A stretch of DNA of 64,000 nt from Candidatus Binatia bacterium. Its GTDB lineage: Bacteria > Desulfobacterota > Binatia > UBA9968 > JAJDTQ01. Made by a program: the position numbers and the translations under genes. The DNA is taken from NCBI GenBank assembly GCA_963666515.2, contig OY762897.2, forward strand, positions 2,336,001 through 2,400,000, in the 5' to 3' direction. A model generated the notes under the pieces. It ran no database searches and had not been told where the DNA came from. It saw nothing but the letters and a program-made list of their open reading frames with translations. This document shows, piece by piece, positions 1 through 9,838 of the stretch (its first letter is position 1; every line of letters begins with the position of its first letter).

Positions 1-81
1 CGCAACAACACGCATGACCCCAAGGCGCTCCGGAAGATCCAGGCGGAGTTCCGCAAGATCCTGAAGAAGGGCGGGAAGTAG
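1..81 (+). CDS. 3' end of upstream gene, probably the ABC substrate-binding protein (partial)
   Basis: Open frame RNNTHDPKALRKIQAEFRKILKKGGK* from the window edge, GC3-rich codons, directly upstream of ABC permease; identity inferred from position only. Confidence 0.5.
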   Translation, partial: RNNTHDPKALRKIQAEFRKILKKGGK

Positions 82-100
82 TCAACCCGGCGGGTTACCC

Positions 101-1813
101 TTGCACCTCCCGCGTCTCAACGGCCGGGTTTCCCCTCTGCTGCCCGTCGCCTTGGCCCCCATGGGGCTCGTGGCGGTTTTCATCCTGGTAATCGTGTGGG
201 TGAGCGTCCAGACCGGCACCCTGGGCACCGTCCACTCCGCCTACACCCTGGAGAACTACCGGGATGTCCTCGGTGATTCCGAAATCTATGACGTGATCTG
301 GAACACGCTGTGGTTCGCGTGCTCCACGGTGTTCTTCGCGCTGATCATCGGCCTCCCCATCGCCTGGCTGACCGAGCGCACCACCATCCCGGGCAAGCCC
401 GCCATCTACGTCATCATGACGCTGGGGCTCCTGATCCCCGGCATCTTCGTGGCCATGGGCTGGACGTTCATCGCCCACCCGCGCATCGGCTTCATCAACC
501 GCTGGCTGGTGGACCTGCTGGCGCTCGACGACGGCCCGGTGAACATCGCCACGCCCGTGGGCATGGGCTTCGTGCAAGGGCTCAACCTGGCGCCGCTGGC
601 GTTCATCCTCACCACGCAGATGTTCCGGGCCATGAACCCCATGCTGGAGGAGGCGGCGCGCACCGCCGGCATGAGCGCCGCGGCCACGCTGCGCCGGGTG
701 ACCGTGCCTCTGGCCATGCCCGCCATCCTGGCCGCGGTCATCTACGTCTTCATCGTCGGCATCGCCACCTTCGACGTGCCCGCGGTCATCGGCCTGGGCA
801 ACCGCGTCTACCTCTTCAGCACCTACCTTTTCACGATCACGTTTCCCGAGGACATGGAGCCCCGCTACGGCATCACCGGCGCGGTGGGCGTCCTCATGAT
901 CGTGGTGGCGCTGGGGCTCACCGCCTTGTACGGCCGGGTGCTGCAGCGCGGCAACCGTTACCAGGTCATCACCGGCAAGGGCTACCGTCCCAAGCTGCTG
1001 GACCTGGGCGGGTGGAACTGGGCCGCCTGGGCGATGATCGGCCTCTACGCCGTCCTCTCCAAGCTCATCCCCATCGCGCTCGTCGGCTTCATCGCGTTCG
1101 CCCCCTACGTGGCGCCGCCGTCGCTGGAGATGTGGGAACAGCTCTCGCTCAACAACTTCCACAACGTCAACTGGGAGCTGGTGTGGCGCGGCATGAAGCA
1201 CACGCTGATCCTGATGTTCGTGGTGCCGCTGCTGGTGCTGGTGTGCGCCTTCGCCATCTCCTGGCTGGTGGTGCGCACCCGCAGCCGCGGGCGCTATGCC
1301 CTGGAGTTCGGCGCCTTCCTGCCCCACACCGTGCCCGAGCTGCTGTTCGCCATCGGCGCGCTGCTGGTGGCGCTGTTCGTGCTGAAGGACTACGTGCCGC
1401 TGTACGGCACCGTGTGGCTCATCGCGCTGGTGTACGTCGTCACCCGGCTGCCGTTCGCCACCCGCGCGCTCAACGGCGCGCTGCTGCAGATACACAAGGA
1501 GCTGGAAGAGGCCGCCTACGTGTCCGGGCTGACCATGCTGCGGGCCAGCCGGCGCGTGCTGCTGCCCTTGCTGCGCCCCACGCTCATGTCCGTGTGGATA
1601 TGGACCGCCCTGCTGGTCTACCGCGAGGTCACCGTCGCGGTGTTCCTGGCCACCGAGAGCAACATCACCCTCACCGCGGTGGTGTGGAGCTACTGGGCCG
1701 CGGCCGGCATGACCGAGGCGTCGGTGGTGACGACCCTGATGATCCTGTTCTTCTCGCCGCTGCTGCTGCTGTTCTGGATCTTCGGCCGGCGCAGCGCCCT
1801 GGCCGAGCAATGA
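101..1813 (+). CDS. ABC transporter permease, FbpB/ThiP-like (two fused BPD_transp_1 domains)
   Basis: Many TM segments, two EAA motifs (LEEAARTAG, LEEAAYVSG); start uncertain. Confidence 0.9.
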   Translation: MHLPRLNGRVSPLLPVALAPMGLVAVFILVIVWVSVQTGTLGTVHSAYTLENYRDVLGDSEIYDVIWNTLWFACSTVFFALIIGLPIAWLTERTTIPGKPAIYVIMTLGLLIPGIFVAMGWTFIAHPRIGFINRWLVDLLALDDGPVNIATPVGMGFVQGLNLAPLAFILTTQMFRAMNPMLEEAARTAGMSAAATLRRVTVPLAMPAILAAVIYVFIVGIATFDVPAVIGLGNRVYLFSTYLFTITFPEDMEPRYGITGAVGVLMIVVALGLTALYGRVLQRGNRYQVITGKGYRPKLLDLGGWNWAAWAMIGLYAVLSKLIPIALVGFIAFAPYVAPPSLEMWEQLSLNNFHNVNWELVWRGMKHTLILMFVVPLLVLVCAFAISWLVVRTRSRGRYALEFGAFLPHTVPELLFAIGALLVALFVLKDYVPLYGTVWLIALVYVVTRLPFATRALNGALLQIHKELEEAAYVSGLTMLRASRRVLLPLLRPTLMSVWIWTALLVYREVTVAVFLATESNITLTAVVWSYWAAAGMTEASVVTTLMILFFSPLLLLFWIFGRRSALAEQ

Positions 1814-1829
1814 GGTGGATGGCGCCCTT

Positions 1830-2903
1830 ATGATCAGCATTCGCAAACTGGAGAAGATCTTCGACTCGGCCCGGGGGCCGGTGCGCGCCGTCGGCGGCAT
1901 CGACCTGGAAGTGGCCCAAGGCGAGTTCATGGTGCTGCTGGGGCCCAGCGGCTGCGGCAAGACCACCACCCTGCGCTGCGTGGCCGGGCTGGAGCGGCCG
2001 GACGGCGGCTCCATCGAGATCGACGGCGAGCTGGTGGACAGCGCCGGGGGCGGGGCCTACGTGCCGCCGGAACGACGCGACATCGGCATGGTGTTCCAGA
2101 GCTACGCCGTGTGGCCGCACCTGAACGTGTTCCAGAACGTGGTGTTGCCGCTCACCGAGGGACAGCGGCGCATACCGCGCTCGGAGGTGCGGGACCGCGC
2201 ACTGGAGGCGCTCCGGCTGGTGCGGCTGGACGGTCTGGAGGAGCGCCCGGTCACGGACCTGAGCGGCGGGCAGCAGCAGCGCGTGGCGCTGGCCCGGGCG
2301 GTGGTGACCCGGCCCAAGGTGCTGCTCATGGACGAGCCCCTGAGCAACCTCGACGCGCGCCTGCGCGACCAGATGCGCGACGAGCTGCGGCGCATCGCCG
2401 AGTCGGTCAACGTCACCTCCCTCTACGTCACCCACGACCAGGCCGAGGCCCTGAGCCTGGGCGACCGGGTGTGCGTCATGAACGAGGGCGAGATACTTCA
2501 GTTGGACACACCCAAGCAGGTCTACGCCGAGCCCCCCAACCTCTTCGTCGCCCGCTTCGTGGGCGAGATGAACTTCCTCCCCGGCAAGGTGGTGGACGCC
2601 GGCCGCGTGGAGTCCGGCTTGGGCGCCATCGAGTGCGCCGTGCCGCCAGCGTGCGCGCCGGGTACGGCGGTCACCCTGGGCATCCGTCCCGAGCACATCG
2701 GCATCGCCGCGGGCGAGCCGGCAGGCTCGGTCCGCGGACAGGTGTTGCGGCAAACCTACCTCGGCGACGCGCTCCACTGCCAGGTGCAGGTGGGCGAGGT
2801 GGAGCTGACGGTCAAGGCGGTGGGCGACGCCGAGTACGCCCGCGGCGACACCGTCGCGGTCTCGCTGCCCGCCAAGGGCTGGCACGTATTCCCGGAAACG
2901 TAG
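1830..2903 (+). CDS. ABC transporter ATP-binding protein (PotA/FbpC-like, C-terminal TOBE)
   Basis: Walker A GPSGCGKT, signature LSGGQQQR, Walker B LLMDEP, H-loop VTHD. Confidence 0.95.
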   Translation: MISIRKLEKIFDSARGPVRAVGGIDLEVAQGEFMVLLGPSGCGKTTTLRCVAGLERPDGGSIEIDGELVDSAGGGAYVPPERRDIGMVFQSYAVWPHLNVFQNVVLPLTEGQRRIPRSEVRDRALEALRLVRLDGLEERPVTDLSGGQQQRVALARAVVTRPKVLLMDEPLSNLDARLRDQMRDELRRIAESVNVTSLYVTHDQAEALSLGDRVCVMNEGEILQLDTPKQVYAEPPNLFVARFVGEMNFLPGKVVDAGRVESGLGAIECAVPPACAPGTAVTLGIRPEHIGIAAGEPAGSVRGQVLRQTYLGDALHCQVQVGEVELTVKAVGDAEYARGDTVAVSLPAKGWHVFPET

Positions 2904-2938
2904 GAAGACTCTGGTCTATTTCCGCAAGCAAGATGGCT

Positions 2939-2977
2939 CCGTTCGCCCTGAGCGTAGCGAAGCGAAGTCGAAGGGCG
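2939..2977 (+). repeat. REP-like palindromic element, single copy (CCGTTCG.CCTGAGCGTAGC...GAAGTCGAAGG family)
   Basis: Same motif as 9839-9952, 15040-15146 and 30878-30947. Confidence 0.8.
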
Positions 2978-2993
2978 CAAGAAAGGAAACCAC

Positions 2994-3932
2994 ATGGCCC
3001 TGATCATCAGCGCGAAGCAGACCCGCGAACTCATCGACATGGCGACCTGCATCCGTCTCCTCGACCGGATGTTCCGGGACCGGGCCGCGGGCAAGGTGCG
3101 GGCCGTCCCGCGCCGGAGGCTCAAGGGAAGCAGCAAGCAGCTCAACGTGATGGCCGCGTGGCACCAGACCTCGGACCTCATCGCGCTGCGAAGCTACGTC
3201 GGCAAGGCCAATACCATCAGCCTGTACGACGGCGGCGCCGGGGGCCTCAAGACCGTCATGAGCGCCGCGTATCTCAGCAGCCTGCGCACCGGCGCGGCCA
3301 CCGGGGTGGCGGCGAAGTATCTCGCACCGGCGAAACCGTCGGTGCTGGGGCTGATCGGTCCCGGCTGGCAGGGCACGTTTCAGGTGGAAGCCGTGGTCAA
3401 GGCCTGCCAGCCGAAGGAGGTGCTGGTATTCGGCCGCAACGCTGCGCGGCGCGACGGCTTCATCGAGGCAATGAGCAAGGTGGTGCGCACACCCTTCCGT
3501 GTGGCGAGCTCGGTAGACGAGGTCGAGAGCGAGTCCGACATCCTGGTGATCTCCACCGACTCCACGACCCCCATCGTCGAAGGCCGGCGGCTCAAGGACG
3601 ACGTTCTGGTGGCCACCATCGGCGCCAATCAGCCGGTGAAGCACGAAGTGTCCGGAAGGCTCATCCGGTCCATGGACCTGGTGGTCACCGACGACCTCGC
3701 CACCGCGCAGAACGACAGCGGCGACCTCATCGACGCCTGCGCCAAGAGGCAACTGCGCTGGCGCGACGTTGTGCCGCTGGAATCCATCGTGGCCGACGGC
3801 CCGCAAGGCAGGCCCCGCAAGGTCCTGTTCCAGTCCAACGGGATCCCGGACGAGGACCTTGCGGTGGGGACGTACGTGCTGCGGCAGGCGCTGAAGAAGG
3901 GAATGCGGCTGCGGGAGATCAGGGAATTCTGA
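2994..3932 (+). CDS. Ornithine cyclodeaminase/mu-crystallin family protein
   Basis: LRTGAATGVAAKYLA, GLIGPGWQG Rossmann, F.SNG..EDLA C-terminal motif; RBS AAGGAA. Confidence 0.88.
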   Translation: MALIISAKQTRELIDMATCIRLLDRMFRDRAAGKVRAVPRRRLKGSSKQLNVMAAWHQTSDLIALRSYVGKANTISLYDGGAGGLKTVMSAAYLSSLRTGAATGVAAKYLAPAKPSVLGLIGPGWQGTFQVEAVVKACQPKEVLVFGRNAARRDGFIEAMSKVVRTPFRVASSVDEVESESDILVISTDSTTPIVEGRRLKDDVLVATIGANQPVKHEVSGRLIRSMDLVVTDDLATAQNDSGDLIDACAKRQLRWRDVVPLESIVADGPQGRPRKVLFQSNGIPDEDLAVGTYVLRQALKKGMRLREIREF

Positions 3933-3973
3933 GTTCCCGCAACGACGGAGAAGCTGGCCAGGAATCTGTCCAG

Positions 3974-3996
3974 GTAGGGGCGACCCGCGGTCGCCC
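3974..3996 (+). repeat. GTAG-type REP hairpin between convergent genes
   Basis: GTAG followed by GGGCGACC-cgc-GGTCGCCC perfect stem. Confidence 0.7.
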
Positions 3997-5021
3997 TAGC
4001 CGGTCACCCCGTACAGCCGCTTGGCCGAATCGGCCAGCAGCCATTTCTTGTCCTCGGGGGACAGGTCCTCCCTGCGGCCGAGGTGGTCGATGTTCTCCGG
4101 GAACTCCATGTCCCAGTGGGGGTAGTCGGACGCGTAGTAGAGCACGTCGGGACTCAGCCACTTGCCGGTCTCGCCGATGAACGGCTCGTAGTCCTCGGCG
4201 TGGAAGTAGATGTTGCCGCCGCGCACGTACTCGCTGGGCTTCTTCTTGCAGAGCGGCGCCTCCGCGGCGCCGCGCTTCTCCCATTCCTCGTCCATGCGTC
4301 CGGCCCAGTAGGGCGCCCACGAGCAGCCCGCCTCCATGAACGCCACCCGGAGGTTGGGGAACCGCTCCATCACGCCCTGGAAGATCATGCTGGTCATCTG
4401 CATCATCTGGGCGAAGGCGTGGGACAGGGTGTGGACCTCGATGAACTGGTCGAAACCGTCGGCGCCGAAAGCCTGGGGCCCGCGGACCGTGGCGTGCACG
4501 CCCACCATGCAGTTGAGCTTCTCCGCCTCCTCGTAGATGGGCCAGTAGTCCTTGTGTCCCAGCGGCAGGCGCAGCCCGATGGCCGGCAGCATCAACCCGG
4601 TGAGATTGAGCTCCGTGACCGCCCGGCGCAGTTCCTTGACCGCCTCGGGCACGTCCTGAAAGGACACCAGCGCCACCCCCTTGAGCCGGGGGCTGACCTT
4701 CTGGAACTCCTCCGAGACGAAGTCGTTCCAGGCCTTGCAAAGGGCCACCGCCAGGTCCGGCTCGCGGATCCAGCCGATGCCCAAGCCGCCCGTCGGATAG
4801 AGGTACGCGGTGGTGAGCCCGCCCTCGTCCATGGCGTTCAGCCACGTCCTGGCGTCACACGCCGTCGTCCCCAGGGTCCCGCCGATGGAACGGTCCCAGT
4901 TGTCGATCGGGTAGAGGGTCGCGGTCCGGTCCACCCACGGTGCTTCCATGTACTTCTTGAGCTGCTCGTCGGTCTCGGTGATGTGCCCGTCCGCATCGAT
5001 GACTTCGATGTCTCTGGCCAT
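3996..5021 (-). CDS. Amidohydrolase_2 family metal-dependent hydrolase/decarboxylase
   Basis: IDADGH metal motif, VGVH, FMEAGCSW, YASDYPHWD; start MARDIEV with GAGGAGG RBS. Confidence 0.9.
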   Translation of the reverse strand: MARDIEVIDADGHITETDEQLKKYMEAPWVDRTATLYPIDNWDRSIGGTLGTTACDARTWLNAMDEGGLTTAYLYPTGGLGIGWIREPDLAVALCKAWNDFVSEEFQKVSPRLKGVALVSFQDVPEAVKELRRAVTELNLTGLMLPAIGLRLPLGHKDYWPIYEEAEKLNCMVGVHATVRGPQAFGADGFDQFIEVHTLSHAFAQMMQMTSMIFQGVMERFPNLRVAFMEAGCSWAPYWAGRMDEEWEKRGAAEAPLCKKKPSEYVRGGNIYFHAEDYEPFIGETGKWLSPDVLYYASDYPHWDMEFPENIDHLGRREDLSPEDKKWLLADSAKRLYGVTG

Positions 5022-5118
5022 GGTTTCCTCCTCGATTGGATTGGTCGTTGAAACGCACATACCCGTGTCGTTACCGGCCACGCATGACGGCGTATCCGTT
5101 CGGTAGGCACGCTAGGCG

Positions 5119-5207
5119 ACTCTACGGCGAGGCGCGCTCCATTGTCAACACCACCGCCAAACGCAGCCACATCAAGCTTGACATGCGCCCCCTGCCTGAA
5201 TAAACAT
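5119..5207. promoter_or_regulatory. Divergent sigma70-like promoters
   Basis: + strand TTGACA 5178-5183 then TAAACA at 5201 (17-nt spacer); - strand TTGACA 5148-5143 then TAGAGT (18-nt spacer). Confidence 0.5.
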
Positions 5208-5284
5208 GGCGGTTTTCAAACGGCGCGGGAATCGTTGTCCGCGCCGGCAAACCCGGCGGCTACCGCCTGTACGGAGGTATACCC

Positions 5285-6256
5285 ATGACTCGTATTCTTA
5301 GCGCCGTTGTCATTGGCTTCGCGGTACTGCTGCTGTTCGGCACCGCGGTCCAGGCGGAGTTCCCCAAGAAGAACATCAACAGCATCGTCACCTTCTCGCC
5401 GGGCGGGGGCTTCGACACCATTTCCCGGGCCATCTCCCGCTTCGGCGAGAAGTACCTGCCCAAGGGCGTCAAGATGATCGTCAAGAACGTCACCGGCGCC
5501 GGCGGCATCACCGGCACCGTCTATCTGTACCGCTCCAAGCCCGACGGCTACACCATCGGACAGCTCCACGGCGGCATGATGGCGGTGCCGTTCCTCAGGG
5601 GCGTCAAGAAGACGGGCTACGACTACGAGAAGTTCACCTGGGTGGCGCGGGTCGGAGGCGAGCCCTACGCCCTGCTCTTGCGCAAGGACTCCAAGTACAA
5701 GTCGCTGGAGGAGTTGCAGAAGTCCAAACGCGTGACCTGGGGTCTCGAAGCCATCGGCGTCGGACGCTGGGTGGACGCCTTCATTGCGGCCGGCGAATTG
5801 GGCATCGACTTCCAGGTCGTGTCCGGTTACCGCGGCACGGGCGAGAACCTGCCCGGCCTGTTGCGGGGGGACTACGACGTCTTCTTCCAGCCCATCGACC
5901 ATCCCTCCGTGGTGCCGTACCTCAAGACCGGCGAGATCCGGCCGGTCCTGACCATGGGGGCCAAGAGAGCCATCAACGCTCCCGATGTCCGCACCGCCAT
6001 CGAGGCGGGGTACAACGTCACGGTGTCTTCGGCCCGCCACATAGCGGCCCCGCCGGGAACTCCCGCCACGGTGGTGAAGGCCCTGGAGACGCTGCTGATG
6101 AAGGCCATGAACGACAAGGACTACGACGCGTTCATCAAGAAGTCGGGCCTGGTGCTGGATCCGGGCGGCACCAAGCGCGCCAACAAGGACATCGCGGATC
6201 TCGCGGCGCTCTACCGGAAGTACACGCCGGCGATGAAGAAGACGCTGAAGAAGTAG
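5285..6256 (+). CDS. Tripartite tricarboxylate transporter substrate-binding protein (TctC/Bug family)
   Basis: Signal peptide, SPGGGFDT, NVTGAGG, KPDGYTIG, GYRGTG, APPGTP. Confidence 0.9.
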   Translation: MTRILSAVVIGFAVLLLFGTAVQAEFPKKNINSIVTFSPGGGFDTISRAISRFGEKYLPKGVKMIVKNVTGAGGITGTVYLYRSKPDGYTIGQLHGGMMAVPFLRGVKKTGYDYEKFTWVARVGGEPYALLLRKDSKYKSLEELQKSKRVTWGLEAIGVGRWVDAFIAAGELGIDFQVVSGYRGTGENLPGLLRGDYDVFFQPIDHPSVVPYLKTGEIRPVLTMGAKRAINAPDVRTAIEAGYNVTVSSARHIAAPPGTPATVVKALETLLMKAMNDKDYDAFIKKSGLVLDPGGTKRANKDIADLAALYRKYTPAMKKTLKK

Positions 6257-6287
6257 TAGGGCGAAGGCGGTCCCAGACAATTGCAGA

Positions 6288-6316
6288 TTGACAAGGTGGC
6301 TACTGGTAGCTACTTT
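6288..6316 (+). promoter_or_regulatory. Promoter/operator of first TA operon (probably leaderless)
   Basis: TTGACA-17nt-TACTTT, imperfect palindrome GTGGCTAC-tg-GTAGCTAC in the spacer, ATG 7 nt after -10. Confidence 0.7.
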
Positions 6317-6323
6317 ATCAATC

Positions 6324-6617
6324 ATGCGATCGGTAGGAATCAAGGCTCTCAACAGCCGGCTGAGCGAATACATCCGGCTCGCTGCATCCGGCGAAACCGT
6401 CCTGGTCACGGACCGGGACCGCGTCGTGGCGGAGATCGGTCCTCCCAAGGAGACGAGGAGCCCGTTTCTCGCCGACGCCCTGCTGGCGGAAGCGGTACGT
6501 GCGGGTTTGTTGACGCCGCCCGCACTACCGGCCTCCGGTAAACCTCCTGCATCCCAACCCGTAGCACCGTTGAGCCACCTTCTGGCTGAGCTCAACGACG
6601 ATCGAACCGACCGGTGA
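6324..6617 (+). CDS. Phd/YefM family antitoxin
   Basis: MRSVGIKALNSRLSEYIRLAASGETVLVTDRDRVVAEI; 4-nt overlap with PIN gene. Confidence 0.85.
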   Translation: MRSVGIKALNSRLSEYIRLAASGETVLVTDRDRVVAEIGPPKETRSPFLADALLAEAVRAGLLTPPALPASGKPPASQPVAPLSHLLAELNDDRTDR

Positions 6618-7000
6618 TCTACGTCGATACTTCCGTCGCGCTCGCCCATCTCCTGGCCGAAGACCGCCGTCCACCTGCGTCGCTATGGAGCGAAACCCTG
6701 GTAGCCAGCCGGTTGTTGGAATACGAGGTCTGGACCCGGCTACACGCCCGCAAGCTTGCCCGCTCGCACGGCGATGCGGCCCGCGAACTTATCGGGCGAA
6801 TCGCCATGCTGGAGCTTTCACCCCAAGTGCTCACGCGCGCGCTGGAGGCGTTTCCCCTACCCGTGCGCACGCTGGATGCCCTGCACTTGGCGTCATGTGA
6901 GTACTTGCGCGAGCAAGGCCAAACGGTCGCGCTGGCCAGCTACGACCGTCGGATGACGGACGTCGCCCGCGCCATGGAAGTGCCCGTTCTTGAGTTGTAG
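6614..7000 (+). CDS. vapC: PIN domain VapC toxin
   Basis: YVDTS, E, RTLDALHLAS, SYDRR acidic PIN residues. Confidence 0.88.
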   Translation: MIYVDTSVALAHLLAEDRRPPASLWSETLVASRLLEYEVWTRLHARKLARSHGDAARELIGRIAMLELSPQVLTRALEAFPLPVRTLDALHLASCEYLREQGQTVALASYDRRMTDVARAMEVPVLEL

Positions 7001-7017
7001 CCGCTGCACAGGGACCG

Positions 7018-7406
7018 TCAAGTACCCTTGAAACTCGGCTTTCGCTTCTCGTGGAACGCTTCCACGCCTTCCCGGAAGTCGTCGGACTGGCGCAGGCGGG
7101 GGAGACCCGGCAGCCGGTCTGGCTCTCGAAACGGCCCGCCGTGTCCACGTCTATGGCCGCGGTGCGGTGGCGCAAGGCCAGTAGTGAACTCAGATCGAAA
7201 GGCTCGACATCATGCTGGGACAGCCGCGCCGGGATGACGGGGACCGTGGTCGCCACCGTGACGCTGGCCTTCTCCACCAGGGCACACGGGCGATAGTTGT
7301 CGGGAAAGGTGAAGGCGCACGGCGCGGTGCCGGACATGACCCAGGCCAAGACCCCGGCGGCGCCGGACATGGGCGCGAAGATGCCCACGTTGTCGACTTC
7401 GCCCAC
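7018..7406 (-). pseudogene. Fused relic: internal acyl-CoA synthetase fragment plus enoyl-CoA hydratase C-terminus
   Basis: about 7100-7406 reads VTVATTVP...FDLSSL...FESQTGCRV; 7018-7098 in another frame reads RLRQSDDFREGVEAFHEKRKPSFKGT*. Confidence 0.65.
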
Positions 7407-7448
7407 CGCCAGACGTTCGGCTATGCCCCGGCCGATACAGACCTGGGC

Positions 7449-7847
7449 CTATACCGCCCGCGCGCGAACGATGGCTACGTCGTACGATTCAAGCACCGCG
7501 TCGGCGGTGACGAGCGTCAGCCCTTCCACCTGGGCCTGGGCCACCAGGGCGCGGTCGAACGGGTCGCGATGGTGCGGCGGCAGCGCGGCGGCGGTCAAGG
7601 CATGGAGGTGGGATATCGGCAGCCCGACGGCGCCGCTCCGTCTCATGCTCTCCGCCACGTAGATCGCCGGCGGTTCGGGAAGCGAAAGCCGGCCGGCCTC
7701 GTACTTGATCGCAATCTCCCAAGCGCTGGCCGCCGAGAGGTATATCTCGGCCGATCCAACGGCCATCGTCTCCAACAGACTGGCGGAGATCCGTTCGGGC
7801 TCGGTCTGCAACCACAGCCAGCAGTGGGTATCCAGGAGATACCTCAT
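7449..7847 (-). CDS. vapC: PIN domain VapC toxin (Sll0205-like)
   Basis: LLDTH, SAASAWEIAIK, HRDPFDRALVAQA, VTAD. Confidence 0.92.
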   Translation of the reverse strand: MRYLLDTHCWLWLQTEPERISASLLETMAVGSAEIYLSAASAWEIAIKYEAGRLSLPEPPAIYVAESMRRSGAVGLPISHLHALTAAALPPHHRDPFDRALVAQAQVEGLTLVTADAVLESYDVAIVRARAV

Positions 7848-8077
7848 TTCCGTCCTTCGAAGGCACGCAGCAGTTCCTCGTCCAACGGGGCGTCAAAGTC
7901 GTCAGGCACCACGAACCGTCCCCGGTCGTGGCCGAAGGTGCGCCGCCCTTGTCCGATCGGCACGAGGCGCGCCACCGGCTGTCCTGACCGTGTAATGACT
8001 ACATCGTCTCCGGCAGCGATCTCCCGCAACAGCCTTGAGAGATGGGTCTTCGCTTCATGGACGGTTACTTGAGGCAT
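7844..8077 (-). CDS. Phd/YefM family antitoxin
   Basis: VTVHEAKTHLSRLL...VITRSGQPVARLVP...PDDFDAPL. Confidence 0.92.
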   Translation of the reverse strand: MPQVTVHEAKTHLSRLLREIAAGDDVVITRSGQPVARLVPIGQGRRTFGHDRGRFVVPDDFDAPLDEELLRAFEGRK

Positions 8078-8086
8078 AACGGGCTC

Positions 8087-8115
8087 ATACTAGACTAAGT
8101 TGATGACTAAGTCAA
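8087..8115 (-). promoter_or_regulatory. Promoter/operator of second TA operon
   Basis: TTGACT-17nt-TAGTAT on - strand; two GACTAAGT boxes (8093, 8105) over the -35/spacer; ATG 9 nt after -10. Confidence 0.7.
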
Positions 8116-8133
8116 TTCGCACGGCGCTCATCG

Positions 8134-9813
8134 TCACACGCCGTTCCGCAGCACCTTCCCGGAGCGTTCCCCGGTGGGCTCGCCGTCCTCCAGCACCACC
8201 TGGCCGTTGACCAGGACCGTGCGGATGCCGTCGGCCTGCTGCACCAGCCGAGCGGCGCCGCCGGGAAAGTCGTGCATCAGCTCGGGCTCCCGCGGCGCCA
8301 CCGTGGCGGGGTCGAACACCACTACGTCCGCGGCCATCCCTTCCTCGAGCCGGCCGCGGTCGGTGATGCCGCAGATGTCCGCCTGCATGGAGGTGAGCTT
8401 GCGGACGCCCTCCTCCAGGGTAAGGTCGCCGCGCTCCCGCACGTACTTGTCGAGCAGCAGCGTGCAGTAGCCGAAGCCCGCGTCGATGGCCACATGGGCG
8501 CCGGCGTCGGACTGGCCCAGCACGGTGTAGGGGTTCGACACGATGGCGCCCACGGCGTCGGCGTCGCCGTTGGTGTGGGCGGTCTGGAAACCGGTCGCCA
8601 AGTCTTCCTCCAGGCACAGGTCCATGAACGCGTCGAAGACGTCCTTACCCTGGGAGCGGGCGTAGTCGGCCACGTTGGCGCCCTTGAGGTGCGCGTTCTT
8701 CTCGGTGGCGGGCTTGACGATGTAGACGATATCCCAGCGCCTGTGGAAGGCCGACGTGCCGGTGTCCTCCACCACCTCCCAGCGGAGCTTCTTGCGCACC
8801 TCCGGGTCCTGGAACGCGGCCCGGCGTTCCTCGATGGGGCTGAACATGAGGCCGCGCCAGGTGGGGAACTCGTCGAACTCCTGGCCGTCGATCAGGTTGA
8901 AGCGGTTGTTGAAGGGCCGGACGTTGGTGTTGGCCCAGGCCTGGGCGCCGCGCTCGAAGCCTTTCACCGTGGCGTCCAGCAGCTCACGCCATTCATCGGG
9001 TCTGGCCCAGCGGTGCAGGATGGAGTTCCACACCACCGGACGGCCGGTGCGGAGCGAGAAGTCGGCCAGCGACGCCACCCGCTCGGCGTTCTGGCCCGCG
9101 GAGCTCATCTGGATGACGCCACGGTTCAGGTCCGTGAGCACCTGCCCCAACGCTTCCAGCTCCTCCCACTCCGCCAGCCGGCTGGGCAGTGGCTCGCCGT
9201 CCTCGCGGAAGTGCCGCTCGTTGCGGTTGGTGGAGAAGCCCAGCAGCCCGGCATTCAGCGCCTCGCGCAGGAGCGCCTGCATGGCGGCGATCTCTTCGGC
9301 GGTGGCGGCGCGCTTGATGGCGTCGTCGCCCATGACGTACTGGCGTAGCGGGCAGTGGCCCACCAGCATGCCGACGTTGAGCGCCGGGCGCATGGCCTCC
9401 ACCGCGCCCATGTAGCCGGCCATGTCGGTCCAGCTCCATTCCACCGCGCGCCGCAAAAGCCCGATGTCCATGCCCTCCACGTGGGAGAAGGTCTGGAGCA
9501 GGATGTCCCGGTCCTCGGGCTTGCACGGCGCCAGACTCAGGCCGCAGTTGCCGGTGACGATGCTGGTGACGCCGTGGTAGCAGGAGCTGGTCACCAGGGG
9601 ATCCCACAGCAACTGGGCGTCCATGTGGGTGTGGCCGTCGATGAAGCCGGGCGCCACGACCAGACCGTCGCCGTCCACCTCGCGTGTGGCGGGGCCGGCC
9701 TTGCCGCCCACCTGGTGGATGGTCCCGGCCTCGATGGCCACGTCCCCGGTGTAACCGGGCCTGCCCGAGCCGTCGCAGATGGTCGCGCCGCGAATCACCA
9801 TATCGTGTGCCAT
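8134..9813 (-). CDS. N-acyl-D-amino-acid deacylase-like amidohydrolase (Amidohydro_3)
   Basis: PGFIDGHTHMD, GNCG, SDAGAHV, RGRLEEGMAADVVVFD. Confidence 0.9.
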   Translation of the reverse strand: MAHDMVIRGATICDGSGRPGYTGDVAIEAGTIHQVGGKAGPATREVDGDGLVVAPGFIDGHTHMDAQLLWDPLVTSSCYHGVTSIVTGNCGLSLAPCKPEDRDILLQTFSHVEGMDIGLLRRAVEWSWTDMAGYMGAVEAMRPALNVGMLVGHCPLRQYVMGDDAIKRAATAEEIAAMQALLREALNAGLLGFSTNRNERHFREDGEPLPSRLAEWEELEALGQVLTDLNRGVIQMSSAGQNAERVASLADFSLRTGRPVVWNSILHRWARPDEWRELLDATVKGFERGAQAWANTNVRPFNNRFNLIDGQEFDEFPTWRGLMFSPIEERRAAFQDPEVRKKLRWEVVEDTGTSAFHRRWDIVYIVKPATEKNAHLKGANVADYARSQGKDVFDAFMDLCLEEDLATGFQTAHTNGDADAVGAIVSNPYTVLGQSDAGAHVAIDAGFGYCTLLLDKYVRERGDLTLEEGVRKLTSMQADICGITDRGRLEEGMAADVVVFDPATVAPREPELMHDFPGGAARLVQQADGIRTVLVNGQVVLEDGEPTGERSGKVLRNGV

Positions 9814-9838
9814 GATGAGTCCTCCCGATTAAATGCGT

